Assembly: GCA_038746285.1 (NCBI GenBank)
Contig: JBCDKT010000013.1
Coordinates: forward strand, 13,126 to 77,125
Source: Bacteroidota bacterium
Lineage (GTDB): Bacteria; Bacteroidota; Rhodothermia; Rhodothermales; JANQRZ01
Direction of reading: 5' to 3'
DNA: 64,000 bases
Shown: positions 55,461 to 63,962 of the stretch, in pieces
How the letters are laid out: each line of letters starts with the position of its first letter
How positions within the stretch are numbered: the stretch's first letter is position 1
Translations under genes and position numbers: made by a program
The notes under the pieces: model-generated
What the model was told of the DNA's origin: nothing
What the model saw: only the letters and a program-made list of their open reading frames with translations
The model's database searches: none

Positions 55461-56583
55461 ATCGTCGGCGGGCGCGGTCGGCGGCGTCCTGCTCGGCGCG
55501 GACCGCGCGGTGGCGGCGCTCGTTGAGGCCGGGGTCCTCGCCCATCAGGACGAACAGGCGGATCGCGCCGTCCTGGTTCGCCGTCGCCACAAGCGCCCCG
55601 TTGCGGGAGACGTCCACGTACTCGGCCTGGTCGCCGATGTGGACCTGGAGCGCGGTGTAGACGCGGTCCGGCCCGAGGATGTCGTCGAGCCTGAACATCC
55701 GGAGGTACGGGTCGTTGCCGACGGTCACGAGGTACTGTCCGTCGGGCGTCCACTGGACCGACTCGATCTTGTGCCCGCTCCGGTCGAAGCGTCGGACGAG
55801 CTCGCCGGAGGGAAACGCGTAGAGGTGCAGCAGCCCCTCGGTGTCGCCGGTGGCGAGGTACTGCCCGTCAGGCGAGAACTGGACGGTGATCGAGTGGTGG
55901 TACGGGTTGTCGTCTGAGAGCGAGATGTCCTCGTCGATGTCGAGCACGAGTTGCTCGGTCTCGACCTCCCAGACTTTGAGAAGGCCGTCGTTGCCGGTCG
56001 CGGCGAGGTAGCGGTCGTCCTCCGAGAAGTCCACCTCGTTGGCGGTGTGGCCGAGGTCGAAGAGCTTGACCTGCTCCAGCGCGGGCATGGCGTAGACGCG
56101 GACGAGGCCCTGGCGCTCGCCGTCGGCGGTCCGGCTGTACTCTTCGCCCGCGGCGAGAAAGCGCCCGTCGTGGCTCCACGCGAGGCCGTCGATGCCGGCC
56201 GTCAGCGTCGCCTCCCTCATGGTCTCGCCGGTCTCGGCGTCGAAGACGCGGAGCACGCGGTCCTCGCTCACAGACGCGACGGTGCTCCCGTCGGGGTTCC
56301 ACGCGACCCGCTCGATCTCGGCCGGCAGCGTGCGCCGCCACAGCTCCGCGCCGTCGGAGGTCCGCCACACGATCACGGTGTAGTCGAACTTCGTCCCCGA
56401 GACGAGTCGCGTCCCGTCGTACGAGAACTCGACCGACTCGACCGACCCGGCCTCGCCGTGGACGTCGGCGAGGCGCGTCCAGACGGGGTTGAGCGCGAGC
56501 CGCTTGTCGTCGTACCGAGCGACAGCCTGGGGCTGGGCGAGCACCGGCGCAGCGGTGAGCAAGGCGAGGGCGAGTATGCGCAT
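55459..56583 (-). CDS. Secreted WD40 beta-propeller protein
   Basis: Signal MRILALALLTAAPVLAQ; repeated VxFS.DG..L.SG/T motifs. Confidence 0.85.
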   Translation of the reverse strand: MRILALALLTAAPVLAQPQAVARYDDKRLALNPVWTRLADVHGEAGSVESVEFSYDGTRLVSGTKFDYTVIVWRTSDGAELWRRTLPAEIERVAWNPDGSTVASVSEDRVLRVFDAETGETMREATLTAGIDGLAWSHDGRFLAAGEEYSRTADGERQGLVRVYAMPALEQVKLFDLGHTANEVDFSEDDRYLAATGNDGLLKVWEVETEQLVLDIDEDISLSDDNPYHHSITVQFSPDGQYLATGDTEGLLHLYAFPSGELVRRFDRSGHKIESVQWTPDGQYLVTVGNDPYLRMFRLDDILGPDRVYTALQVHIGDQAEYVDVSRNGALVATANQDGAIRLFVLMGEDPGLNERRHRAVRAEQDAADRARRR

Positions 56584-56586
56584 GGA

Positions 56587-57879
56587 TCAGTACCCGAAGA
56601 GCGACGGGAGCCAGAGCGAGAGCGCCGGCAGGAGCGTCGTGAGGGCGAGGCCGACGAGCATCGCGAGGAAGAGCGGGAGGAGGGGGCGGACCACTTTGGC
56701 GATCGTCGTCTCGGCCACGCCGACGCCGACGAAGAGCACGCTCCCCACCGGCGGCGTGCACAGCCCGATGCAGAGGTTCAGCACCATCACGATCCCGAAG
56801 TGCACCGGGTCCATCCCGAGCTCGACCGCGACGGGCAGGAAGATGGGCGTGAAGATGAGGATCGCCGGCGTCATGTCCATGAACGTCCCGACGGCCAGGA
56901 GCACAAGGTTGATGAGGAGGAACACGACGAGCGGGTTGTCAACCGCCGCGACGGCCGCCGCCACGCTCTGCGGTAGGTTGACGTAGGCCATGATCCAACT
57001 GAGCGCAATCGAGACCGCGATCAGGAGCATCACAATCGCTGTCGTCGCGGCGCTGTCGAGCAGGATCTGCGGGAGGTCGCGCACGCCGATGCCGCGGTAG
57101 ACGAAGGCCAGCACCCCGGCGTAGAGCACGGCGACGGCCGCCGCCTCGGTCGCCGTGAAGAGGCCCGCCACGATCCCGCCAATCACGACGACGAGCAGGA
57201 ACAGGCTCGGGAGCGCTTCCACGAACCGGCGGGCGGCGACGGCGACCGGCAGGCGCTCGTCGGTCGGGTAGCCGCGCCGCCACGCGATCACGCCCGCGAC
57301 CGCCATGAGCAGGAAGCCGACCAAGATGCCCGGCCCGTAGCCCGCGAGGAAGAGGGCCGCAATCGAGACGCCGCCCGAGGCGAGCGAGTAGACGATGAGC
57401 ACGTTCGAGGGCGGGATGACGAGGCCGACCGTCGCGCTCGTGATGTTGACCGCCGCCGCGTAGTCGCGGTCGTAGCCCTCGTCGACCATCCGCGGGCCGA
57501 CCGTACTCCCAATCGCACTCGCGGCGGCGACCGCGCTCCCGGAGATCGCGCCGAAGAGCATCGAGGCGAGGACGTTGACAAACGCGAGGCCGCCGGGGAG
57601 CGTCCCGAGGAGCGCCTTCGCGAAGTCGATCAGGCGCCGGGCGATCCCGCCCCGGTTCATGAGCTGCCCGGCGAGGATGAAGAACGGAATCGCGAGGAGC
57701 GTGAACGAGTCGAGGCCCGTCGCCATGCGCTGCGCGACCGTCGTGAGCGCTGCCACCGGCTCGACCGTCAGCAGGATCGTCGCGACCGTCGAAAGACCGA
57801 TGGCAAACGCGACCGGCACGCCGAGCCCGAGGAGCGCGACGAAGGTGACGACGAGGACGACGACAGCGAGCGCTTCCAC
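56587..57879 (-). CDS. dctM: TRAP transporter large permease
   Basis: GTG start 57879; LLAIPFFILAG.LM, FGAISGS, VIPPS, LCIGLCTPPVG. Confidence 0.93.
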   Translation of the reverse strand: MEALAVVVLVVTFVALLGLGVPVAFAIGLSTVATILLTVEPVAALTTVAQRMATGLDSFTLLAIPFFILAGQLMNRGGIARRLIDFAKALLGTLPGGLAFVNVLASMLFGAISGSAVAAASAIGSTVGPRMVDEGYDRDYAAAVNITSATVGLVIPPSNVLIVYSLASGGVSIAALFLAGYGPGILVGFLLMAVAGVIAWRRGYPTDERLPVAVAARRFVEALPSLFLLVVVIGGIVAGLFTATEAAAVAVLYAGVLAFVYRGIGVRDLPQILLDSAATTAIVMLLIAVSIALSWIMAYVNLPQSVAAAVAAVDNPLVVFLLINLVLLAVGTFMDMTPAILIFTPIFLPVAVELGMDPVHFGIVMVLNLCIGLCTPPVGSVLFVGVGVAETTIAKVVRPLLPLFLAMLVGLALTTLLPALSLWLPSLFGY

Positions 57880-58523
57880 TAGGGCACCTCCGTCTGTCTG
57901 TCGCCGGCCGAGACGCCCGCGCGGGCTACGTCGCGCTCGTGCTCTCCGAACGCCTCGGCCGAGGGCCGGTCGGGGGCGGTCAGGTGGGTGGGCTGCCCGC
58001 GCAGCGTGCGCAGGTGGTCCGCCCATGCGAGGGCGGCGTAGTAGGCGATCAGCAGCCCGCTCAGCGGGAGCACGCTGTAGACGACTCCGAGCGGCAGCCC
58101 GAGCGCCGCCGAGGTCTGCTCTAGGACGAACGTCAGCCACACGAGGTAGCCCCCGCCGAACGCCATCGCCCCAAGCGCGAACGCCACGACCGCCCCCTGG
58201 ATCACGAGGCCGAGTGCCGCGCGCGCCTTGCCGCTGAGCGCCCGCGGCAGCAGGTCGATGGCGAGGTGCAGCCCCTGCCCGCTCGCGTACGCCGCGCCGA
58301 GGAGGCCGACCCAGATCAGCAGGAAGCGCGCGAGCTCGTCGGTGAACCCGCTCGGCTGCGGGAGCGCGAACCGGGTGAAGACCTGCCAGAGGACGTTGAG
58401 CACGCTCAGCCCCATCAGCACCGCTACCGCCCACCCGAGTGCCGTGTCGACGCGCCCCTTCGTCCCCCCGTCGCGCGTGGCGACGAGCAGCGGGCGGGAC
58501 GGGGTAGGATCGGAAGGGGTCAT
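57879..58523 (-). CDS. dctQ: TRAP transporter small permease
   Basis: Start ATG 58523; QVFTRF, DELARFLLIW..LLGAAY, HLAID. Confidence 0.9.
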   Translation of the reverse strand: MTPSDPTPSRPLLVATRDGGTKGRVDTALGWAVAVLMGLSVLNVLWQVFTRFALPQPSGFTDELARFLLIWVGLLGAAYASGQGLHLAIDLLPRALSGKARAALGLVIQGAVVAFALGAMAFGGGYLVWLTFVLEQTSAALGLPLGVVYSVLPLSGLLIAYYAALAWADHLRTLRGQPTHLTAPDRPSAEAFGEHERDVARAGVSAGDRQTEVP

Positions 58524-58527
58524 GTTT

Positions 58528-58641
58528 GGCGTGGAGGGAGTGGAGGGTCGGGAGGGAGTGGGCGAGTGGGCGGAGGGGCGAGTGGGCGGAGGGGCGCTGT
58601 GCTCATCTCCCACTCGCCCTCTCTCCCATTCGCCCATTCTC
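58528..58641. repeat. Hybrid element G: 9-mer array joined to an 8-mer inverted-array element
   Basis: ggcgtgga gggagtgga gggtcggga gggagt | gggcgagt gggcggag gggcgagt gggcggag ggg ... ctccc actcgccc tctctccc attcgccc attctc. Confidence 0.88.
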
Positions 58642-59662
58642 AAGGCTCGGAGGTTAATCGGGATGCTTCGGTCGGCACATCGGACTCGACCGCGCGAATG
58701 GAGGCGATCAACCCGCCGAGCGCCGGGTCGGCGTCGTAGGCGGCGAGGAGGTCGCGGACCTCGCCGGCGAAGGGGGCGCGCTCGTCCGTCCCGAGGCGGA
58801 TCACCTCGACGCCGGCGGCCTGCACGGCGCGGAGGGCTTCTTCGGTCGATTCGCGCCACAGGTCCTTCTGCACCTCGGCGCTCTCGGCGGCGGCCTCGGC
58901 GAGCCACGCCCGCTCCTGCTCGGAGAGGCCGTCCCACACCGGCGTCCCGATGATGAGCACGTCCGGCACGGCGGTGTGCTCGTTGAGCACGTAGTACGGC
59001 GCGACCTCGTAGTGCCGCGACAGGTGGAAGCTCGGCGGGTTGTTCTCGGCTCCGTCGACCACGCCCTGCTGGAGCGCGGTGTAGAGTTCGCCCCACGAGA
59101 TCGGAGTCGGGCTGCCGCCGAGGGCGCGGACCATCCGCATCGCCGTCTGGCTCTCCTGCACGCGGATCTTGAGGCCCGCGAGGTCGGCGGGGCGGCGGAC
59201 CGGGCGCTCGACGGTGTAGAACGAGCGCGCCCCGGCGTCGTAGTAGGCGAGGCCGCGCAGGCGGAAGTCGGCCGCGTCGTCGAGCAGCCCCTGCCCTACG
59301 GGCCCGTCGAGCACGGCGAAGCGGTGGGCCTCGGAGCGGAAGAGGTAGGGCAGCGAGAAGACCTGGAAGGCCGGAGCGAAGTTCTCGAGCACGCTCGCCG
59401 AGACCTTCGTCATGGCGAGGCTCCCGATCTGGAGGAGTTCGAGGCACTCGCGCTCGGAGCCGAGCTGGCCCGAGGGGTAGACCTCGACGCGGAGCGCCCC
59501 GTCCGAGCGCTCGGCGACGCGCTCGGCCATGACGAGCATGGCTTCGTGGACGGGGTGGTCGGTGCTCAGGCCGTGGCCGAGGCGGAGCACACGCCCGTCC
59601 TCAGCGCTGGAAGCGCATCCGGAGAGCAGCAGCGCGAGAAAGACGAGAGGACGGGGAGTCAT
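58640..59662 (-). CDS. dctP: TRAP substrate-binding lipoprotein (DctP family, uronate-type)
   Basis: Start ATG 59662; LLSGC lipobox; YPSGQLG.E, GARSFY, GLKIRV, ELYTALQQGVVDGAENN. Confidence 0.93.
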   Translation of the reverse strand: MTPRPLVFLALLLSGCASSAEDGRVLRLGHGLSTDHPVHEAMLVMAERVAERSDGALRVEVYPSGQLGSERECLELLQIGSLAMTKVSASVLENFAPAFQVFSLPYLFRSEAHRFAVLDGPVGQGLLDDAADFRLRGLAYYDAGARSFYTVERPVRRPADLAGLKIRVQESQTAMRMVRALGGSPTPISWGELYTALQQGVVDGAENNPPSFHLSRHYEVAPYYVLNEHTAVPDVLIIGTPVWDGLSEQERAWLAEAAAESAEVQKDLWRESTEEALRAVQAAGVEVIRLGTDERAPFAGEVRDLLAAYDADPALGGLIASIRAVESDVPTEASRLTSEP

Positions 59663-59673
59663 GACACCTTCGC

Positions 59674-59712
59674 TTAATCGTTTAAGTACGCACTTTTTTC
59701 TCTTATTGTCAA
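59674..59712 (-). promoter_or_regulatory. dctP-operon promoter region: TTGACA (59712-59707, minus) and LacI-type operator ttaatcgtttaa (59674-85)
   Basis: Near-palindrome matching the operator at 59774; no clean -10 found. Confidence 0.65.
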
Positions 59713-59764
59713 GTGTCGGGCGCATATTTGCTTTAGGCGCACATCGAATCTGTCTTTTACCCTC

Positions 59765-59793
59765 TTGACAAACTTAAACGTTTAACCTATTCT
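59765..59793 (+). promoter_or_regulatory. sigma70 promoter of the lacI-family gene with an operator in the spacer
   Basis: TTGACA (59765-70) N17 TATTCT (59788-93); perfect palindrome ttaaacgtttaa at 59774-85. Confidence 0.85.
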
Positions 59794-59832
59794 GTTACTG
59801 GAAGCCCTTCCACGCCGTTCGTTCTCAACGCG

Positions 59833-60864
59833 ATGCCGCGCCACACCATTAAAGACGTTGCCCGCGACGCCGACGTGTCGGTCGCCACGGTCTCGGCTGT
59901 GGTCAACGGCGCGGCCTGGGTCTCGGCCCCGACGCGCTCGCGCGTGCAGGACACGATCGACCGGCTCGGCTACCGGCCCAACCGGGTCGCGCAAAGCCTC
60001 AAGACGCGCGAGAGCCGCGCCGTCGGCGTGATCGTGAGCGACCTCACGAACCCGTTTTTCACCGAGGCCGTGCGCGGCCTCCAGCACCGCCTCCGCGACC
60101 AGGGCCGCTCCCTCCTCCTCGCCGACGCCGACCAACGTACCGAACTCGGCGGCCACCAGCTCGCCCTCCTGATCGACAAGCAGGTGGACGGCCTCATCCT
60201 GATGGGCGACTCCGTCCCCGAGGCGGCGCTCCGCGCGCTCAGCCAGCGCCGCGGGCGCGTCCCCGTCGTCACCGTTGGGCGGGACTACCGCCTGGGCGGT
60301 GTGAGCACGATCCTCGTCGAGTCCGAGGAGGCGAGCTACGAGGCTACGCGCCACCTCATCGACCGGGGCTACGCCCGCGTCGCGCACGTCACCGGGCCGG
60401 ACACCGAGGAGGGCGGCCTGACGCACGGGCGCACGCCGCGCATCAACGGCTACACGCGGGCGCTCACCGACGCCGGCCTCCCCGTGCGCGACGAGTGGGT
60501 CGTCGCGGGCGACTGGCGGGCCGGCGGCGGCGCAGCGGCGATGAACCGCCTCCTCACGCTCGGCGAGCGGCCTGACGCCGTGTTCTTCGCCAACGACATG
60601 ATGGCGCTCGGCGCGATGGGCGTCGCCCGCGAGGCCGGCCTCGCGCAGCCCGACGCCCTCGCCGTGGTCGGGTTCGACGACGTGCCTGCCGCACGGCTCG
60701 TCGCCCCGGCGCTGACGACGATGCGGATGCCGAAGGCCGACCTCGGGCGCGCCGCCGGCGACCTCCTCGACGGCCTCCTCGCCCAGCCCGGCCAGCCCGA
60801 CGCCGTCCACCGCCGGTTCGCCGCCGAACTCGTCGTCCGCGCCTCCTCGCCGCCCAAGCAGTAG
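59833..60864 (+). CDS. LacI family transcriptional regulator
   Basis: TIKDVARDADVSVATVSAV.N, LGYRPN..A..L, VDGLI, VVGFDD, LTT. Confidence 0.95.
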   Translation: MPRHTIKDVARDADVSVATVSAVVNGAAWVSAPTRSRVQDTIDRLGYRPNRVAQSLKTRESRAVGVIVSDLTNPFFTEAVRGLQHRLRDQGRSLLLADADQRTELGGHQLALLIDKQVDGLILMGDSVPEAALRALSQRRGRVPVVTVGRDYRLGGVSTILVESEEASYEATRHLIDRGYARVAHVTGPDTEEGGLTHGRTPRINGYTRALTDAGLPVRDEWVVAGDWRAGGGAAAMNRLLTLGERPDAVFFANDMMALGAMGVAREAGLAQPDALAVVGFDDVPAARLVAPALTTMRMPKADLGRAAGDLLDGLLAQPGQPDAVHRRFAAELVVRASSPPKQ

Positions 60865-60906
60865 TCCACGTCGGCGCACTGCGGCTCCATCGCCTGCGCG
60901 TTTTAC

Positions 60907-60918
60907 TAAAACGATTAA
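60907..60918 (+). promoter_or_regulatory. Third LacI-type operator upstream of the TonB-dependent receptor
   Basis: taaaacgattaa, 9 nt before the GTG start; its reverse complement is 11/12 identical to the 59674 site. Confidence 0.7.
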
Positions 60919-60926
60919 CCTGAGTC

Positions 60927-63900
60927 GTGATCTCTCGCCCCCGCTTTCGTCTCGCATCCACGCTCGGGCTGCTCCTGCTCGGCGCAGCCCCGGCGCTCGC
61001 GCAGTCCGGGGCCGTCACTGGGAGCGTCACCGACGCCGAGACCGGCAACGCGCTGCCGGGAGCCAACGTGGTCGTCGCCGGGACGAGCATGGGGGCCGCG
61101 ACGGACTTCGAGGGGCGCTACCAGATCTCGGGCGTGCCCGCCGGCGAGCAGCGGCTCGTGGCGACCTACCTCGGCTACGAGGCTGACACGCTCGCCGTGA
61201 CCATCCCCGCCGGGGGCCGCGCGGGGCTCGACATCGCCCTCCGCCCGGCCGTCGTGCGCGGCGAGACGGTCGAGGTGACGGCCCAGCTCGAAGGGCAGCT
61301 CGCGGCGATCAACGAGCAGCGCTCCTCGAACACGATCGTCAACGTGGTCTCCAGCGACCGCATCCGCGAGTACCCCGACGCGAACGCCGCCGAGAGCGTC
61401 GGGCGGTTGCCGGGCGTCTCGCTCCAGCGCGACGGCGGCGAGGGCACGAAGGTCCAGGTGCGCGGCCTCGACCCGAGCTTCACGTCGGTCACCATCAACG
61501 GCGAGCGCATCCCCGGCTCCGGCGAGGGCGGCTTCGACGACGCCGGCAGCCGCGGCGGTGGGCGATCGGTCGACCTCAGCCTGATCTCGTCCGACCTCCT
61601 CGCGGGCGTCGAACTCTTCAAGGCGCTCACGCCGGACAAGGACGCCGACGCGATTGGCGGGACGGTCAACCTCGTCGTGCGCGAGGCCCCGACGGGACTG
61701 CGCGGCCGGGTCCGCGCCCTCGGCGGCTACAGCGACCTCGAAGGCTCGGTCGAAAACCTCCGGCTCGACGGCAACGTCTCGAACCGCTTCCTCGGCGACC
61801 GGCTCGGGGTCGTCGCCACGGCCAACTTCCAGCAGACCCCGCGCGGCTACGAGGGCTTCCAAGCAGACTTCAACCCGAGGACGCTCGTGGAGATTGAGAC
61901 GCGCAGCCTGGAGGTGGACCGCCGCGAGGAGGTCCGCACCCGCTACGGGGCAAGCCTCACGACGGACTACCGGCTCCCCGGCGGCGGCGTCCAGCTGCGC
62001 GGCCTCTACAGCCGCTCCGAGCGCGACCAGGACCGCCTCCGCATCCGCTACCGCATCGAAGAGACCGACGCCGAGCGCGCCGTCCGCACTCAGCTCCGCA
62101 CCGACGACCTCGTCTCCGGCGGCCTCTCCGGCGAGCACGCCTTCCCCCGCCTCCGGGTCGACTACAGCCTCTCGGCCTCGCAGAGCCTCGGCCGGACGCC
62201 CGAGGGGTGGGACGCCCGGTTCCGCCAGACCACCGCCTTCGAGGGCCTCGCCTCGACCGACTTCGCCGACGCCTCGCGCGAGCAGATCGCCGACAGCGCT
62301 GGGGCCGCGCTCGACGAGACGTTCTTCCGCTCGATCCGCCGCGTCCGCGAGCGCACCCGCGACCGCGACCTCACCGCCGCGCTCAACCTCGCCGCCCCCT
62401 TCCGTCTCGCCGACGCCCTCGCGGTCGAACTCCGCGCCGGGGGCAAGTTCCGCGGCAAGCGCCGCACCCAGGACTACAGCCGCGACGAGGTCATCTCGAG
62501 CGACATCGAACGCTACGCCGAGGAGAACGACCTCCCGCTCCTCGACGGCACGACCGACCCGGCGGCGTTCCCATACTTCCTCGACGACGAGGGCGACGCC
62601 GCCGACGGGCTCAGCCTGCTCGAGACGCCCGACCGCGACGCGATTGCCACGCTCGACGCCGACCTCGACCCGTTCTACGAGAGCCACCCGTTCTTCGACC
62701 AGCGCGACTACGAGGCCGACGAGGACATCGCCGCCGGGTACGCCCTCGCCGAGGTCAACGCCGGACCGCTCCTCGTCGTCGGCGGCGTCCGCTACGAGCG
62801 CACCTCGACGGGCTTCTCGGGCACGACCGGCACCTACACCTCCGACCTCCAGCGTCTCCTCAACAGCTTCGAGGACGCTCAGATGGCAAACCCTGACACC
62901 ACGTTCGCCGAGTTCTTCTCCGTCCGCGACACGACCGGCGCGCAGGACTACGGCGCGTGGTTTCCCCAGGTCACCGCCCGCTACCGCGTCACCGACTTCC
63001 TCGACGTTCGCGCCGCCGTCACCCGCACGCTCGCCCGCCCCGACTACGTCGACCTCGTGGCCTACGAGAACGTGGACGAGATCAACAACGAGATCGAGCG
63101 CGGCAACACGGACCTCCAGCCGACCTTTGCGTGGAACTACGACGCGGGCGTCTCGGCCTACACGCGCTACGGCCTCTTCGCCGTCGGCGGCTTCTACAAG
63201 CGGCTCGCGGGCTTCCAGTACGACCAGTTTTTCGACGAGTTCATCGAGGACGAGGGCCGCACCTTCCGCATCTTCCAGACCGTCAACGGCGAGGCGGCGA
63301 CGGTGTGGGGCGTCGAACTAGAGGCCCAGGCCAACTTCCTGTTCCTGCCCGGCGTGCTGAGCGGGTTCCTGCTCAACGCCAACTACGCCTGGACCCAGAG
63401 CGAGGCTGAGTTCCCGATCCAGTATGGCATCGGCTTCGACGCCGAGACCTTCCGGACGGTCTTCGCGAGCGAGACCCGGACCGACGCCCTCCCGGGGCAG
63501 GCCGAGCACGTCGCCAACCTCACGCTCGGCTACGAGCGCGGCGGCTTCTCCGGGCGGCTCTCGCTGAGCTACCAGGGGGCCTTCCTCGTCAGCGTCACCG
63601 AGAGCGTCTTCGACGGCGCCTTCGTCAACTTCGGGGCCGACGACCCCGAGACGCCGGACCTCCTCGAGTGGGCCTTCGACGACCCCGAGACCGAGGAGAT
63701 CGAGGGCGGCCCGATCACGCAGGCCGAGGTCCGCACGGGGCTTCGCACGCGGCCCTACACCTTCATCGACCTCCAGCTCAGCCAAGACATTCCTGGCGTG
63801 AAAGGCCTCCGCGTGATCGCCAACGCCTCCAACCTCACCGACCAGTTCGAGCGCCAGCGGCTCGGTGCCCGCAATTCGTTCGGGCGCGGCTACGGCTGGT

Positions 63901-63932
63901 CCGGCGAGTTCGGCGTCCAGTACAAGTTCTGA
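60927..63932 (+). CDS. TonB-dependent receptor with N-terminal carboxypeptidase-regulatory-like domain
   Basis: Signal, VTGSVTDAETG..LPGANV, plug NAAESVGRLPGVS..RDGGEG, VELFKALTPD..ADAIGG.VNL, C-terminal QYKF. Confidence 0.93.
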   Translation: MISRPRFRLASTLGLLLLGAAPALAQSGAVTGSVTDAETGNALPGANVVVAGTSMGAATDFEGRYQISGVPAGEQRLVATYLGYEADTLAVTIPAGGRAGLDIALRPAVVRGETVEVTAQLEGQLAAINEQRSSNTIVNVVSSDRIREYPDANAAESVGRLPGVSLQRDGGEGTKVQVRGLDPSFTSVTINGERIPGSGEGGFDDAGSRGGGRSVDLSLISSDLLAGVELFKALTPDKDADAIGGTVNLVVREAPTGLRGRVRALGGYSDLEGSVENLRLDGNVSNRFLGDRLGVVATANFQQTPRGYEGFQADFNPRTLVEIETRSLEVDRREEVRTRYGASLTTDYRLPGGGVQLRGLYSRSERDQDRLRIRYRIEETDAERAVRTQLRTDDLVSGGLSGEHAFPRLRVDYSLSASQSLGRTPEGWDARFRQTTAFEGLASTDFADASREQIADSAGAALDETFFRSIRRVRERTRDRDLTAALNLAAPFRLADALAVELRAGGKFRGKRRTQDYSRDEVISSDIERYAEENDLPLLDGTTDPAAFPYFLDDEGDAADGLSLLETPDRDAIATLDADLDPFYESHPFFDQRDYEADEDIAAGYALAEVNAGPLLVVGGVRYERTSTGFSGTTGTYTSDLQRLLNSFEDAQMANPDTTFAEFFSVRDTTGAQDYGAWFPQVTARYRVTDFLDVRAAVTRTLARPDYVDLVAYENVDEINNEIERGNTDLQPTFAWNYDAGVSAYTRYGLFAVGGFYKRLAGFQYDQFFDEFIEDEGRTFRIFQTVNGEAATVWGVELEAQANFLFLPGVLSGFLLNANYAWTQSEAEFPIQYGIGFDAETFRTVFASETRTDALPGQAEHVANLTLGYERGGFSGRLSLSYQGAFLVSVTESVFDGAFVNFGADDPETPDLLEWAFDDPETEEIEGGPITQAEVRTGLRTRPYTFIDLQLSQDIPGVKGLRVIANASNLTDQFERQRLGARNSFGRGYGWSGEFGVQYKF

Positions 63933-63962
63933 CCTCCCCACCCGCCACTCCGCCCATCGCCC
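63933..63962 (+). repeat. Single C-rich 8-mer-family arm after the TBDR stop
   Basis: cctccccacccgccactccgcccatcgccc begins immediately after TGA. Confidence 0.5.

Noticed and set aside
44323-58641. Interspersed elements as a CRISPR array
   Set aside because: Copies are separated by whole genes, vary in length, are internally periodic, and no cas genes are present
59663-59725. Upstream start for DctP (MRPTLDNKR...)
   Set aside because: This stretch holds the -35 and operator; ATG 59662 gives a normal lipoprotein signal
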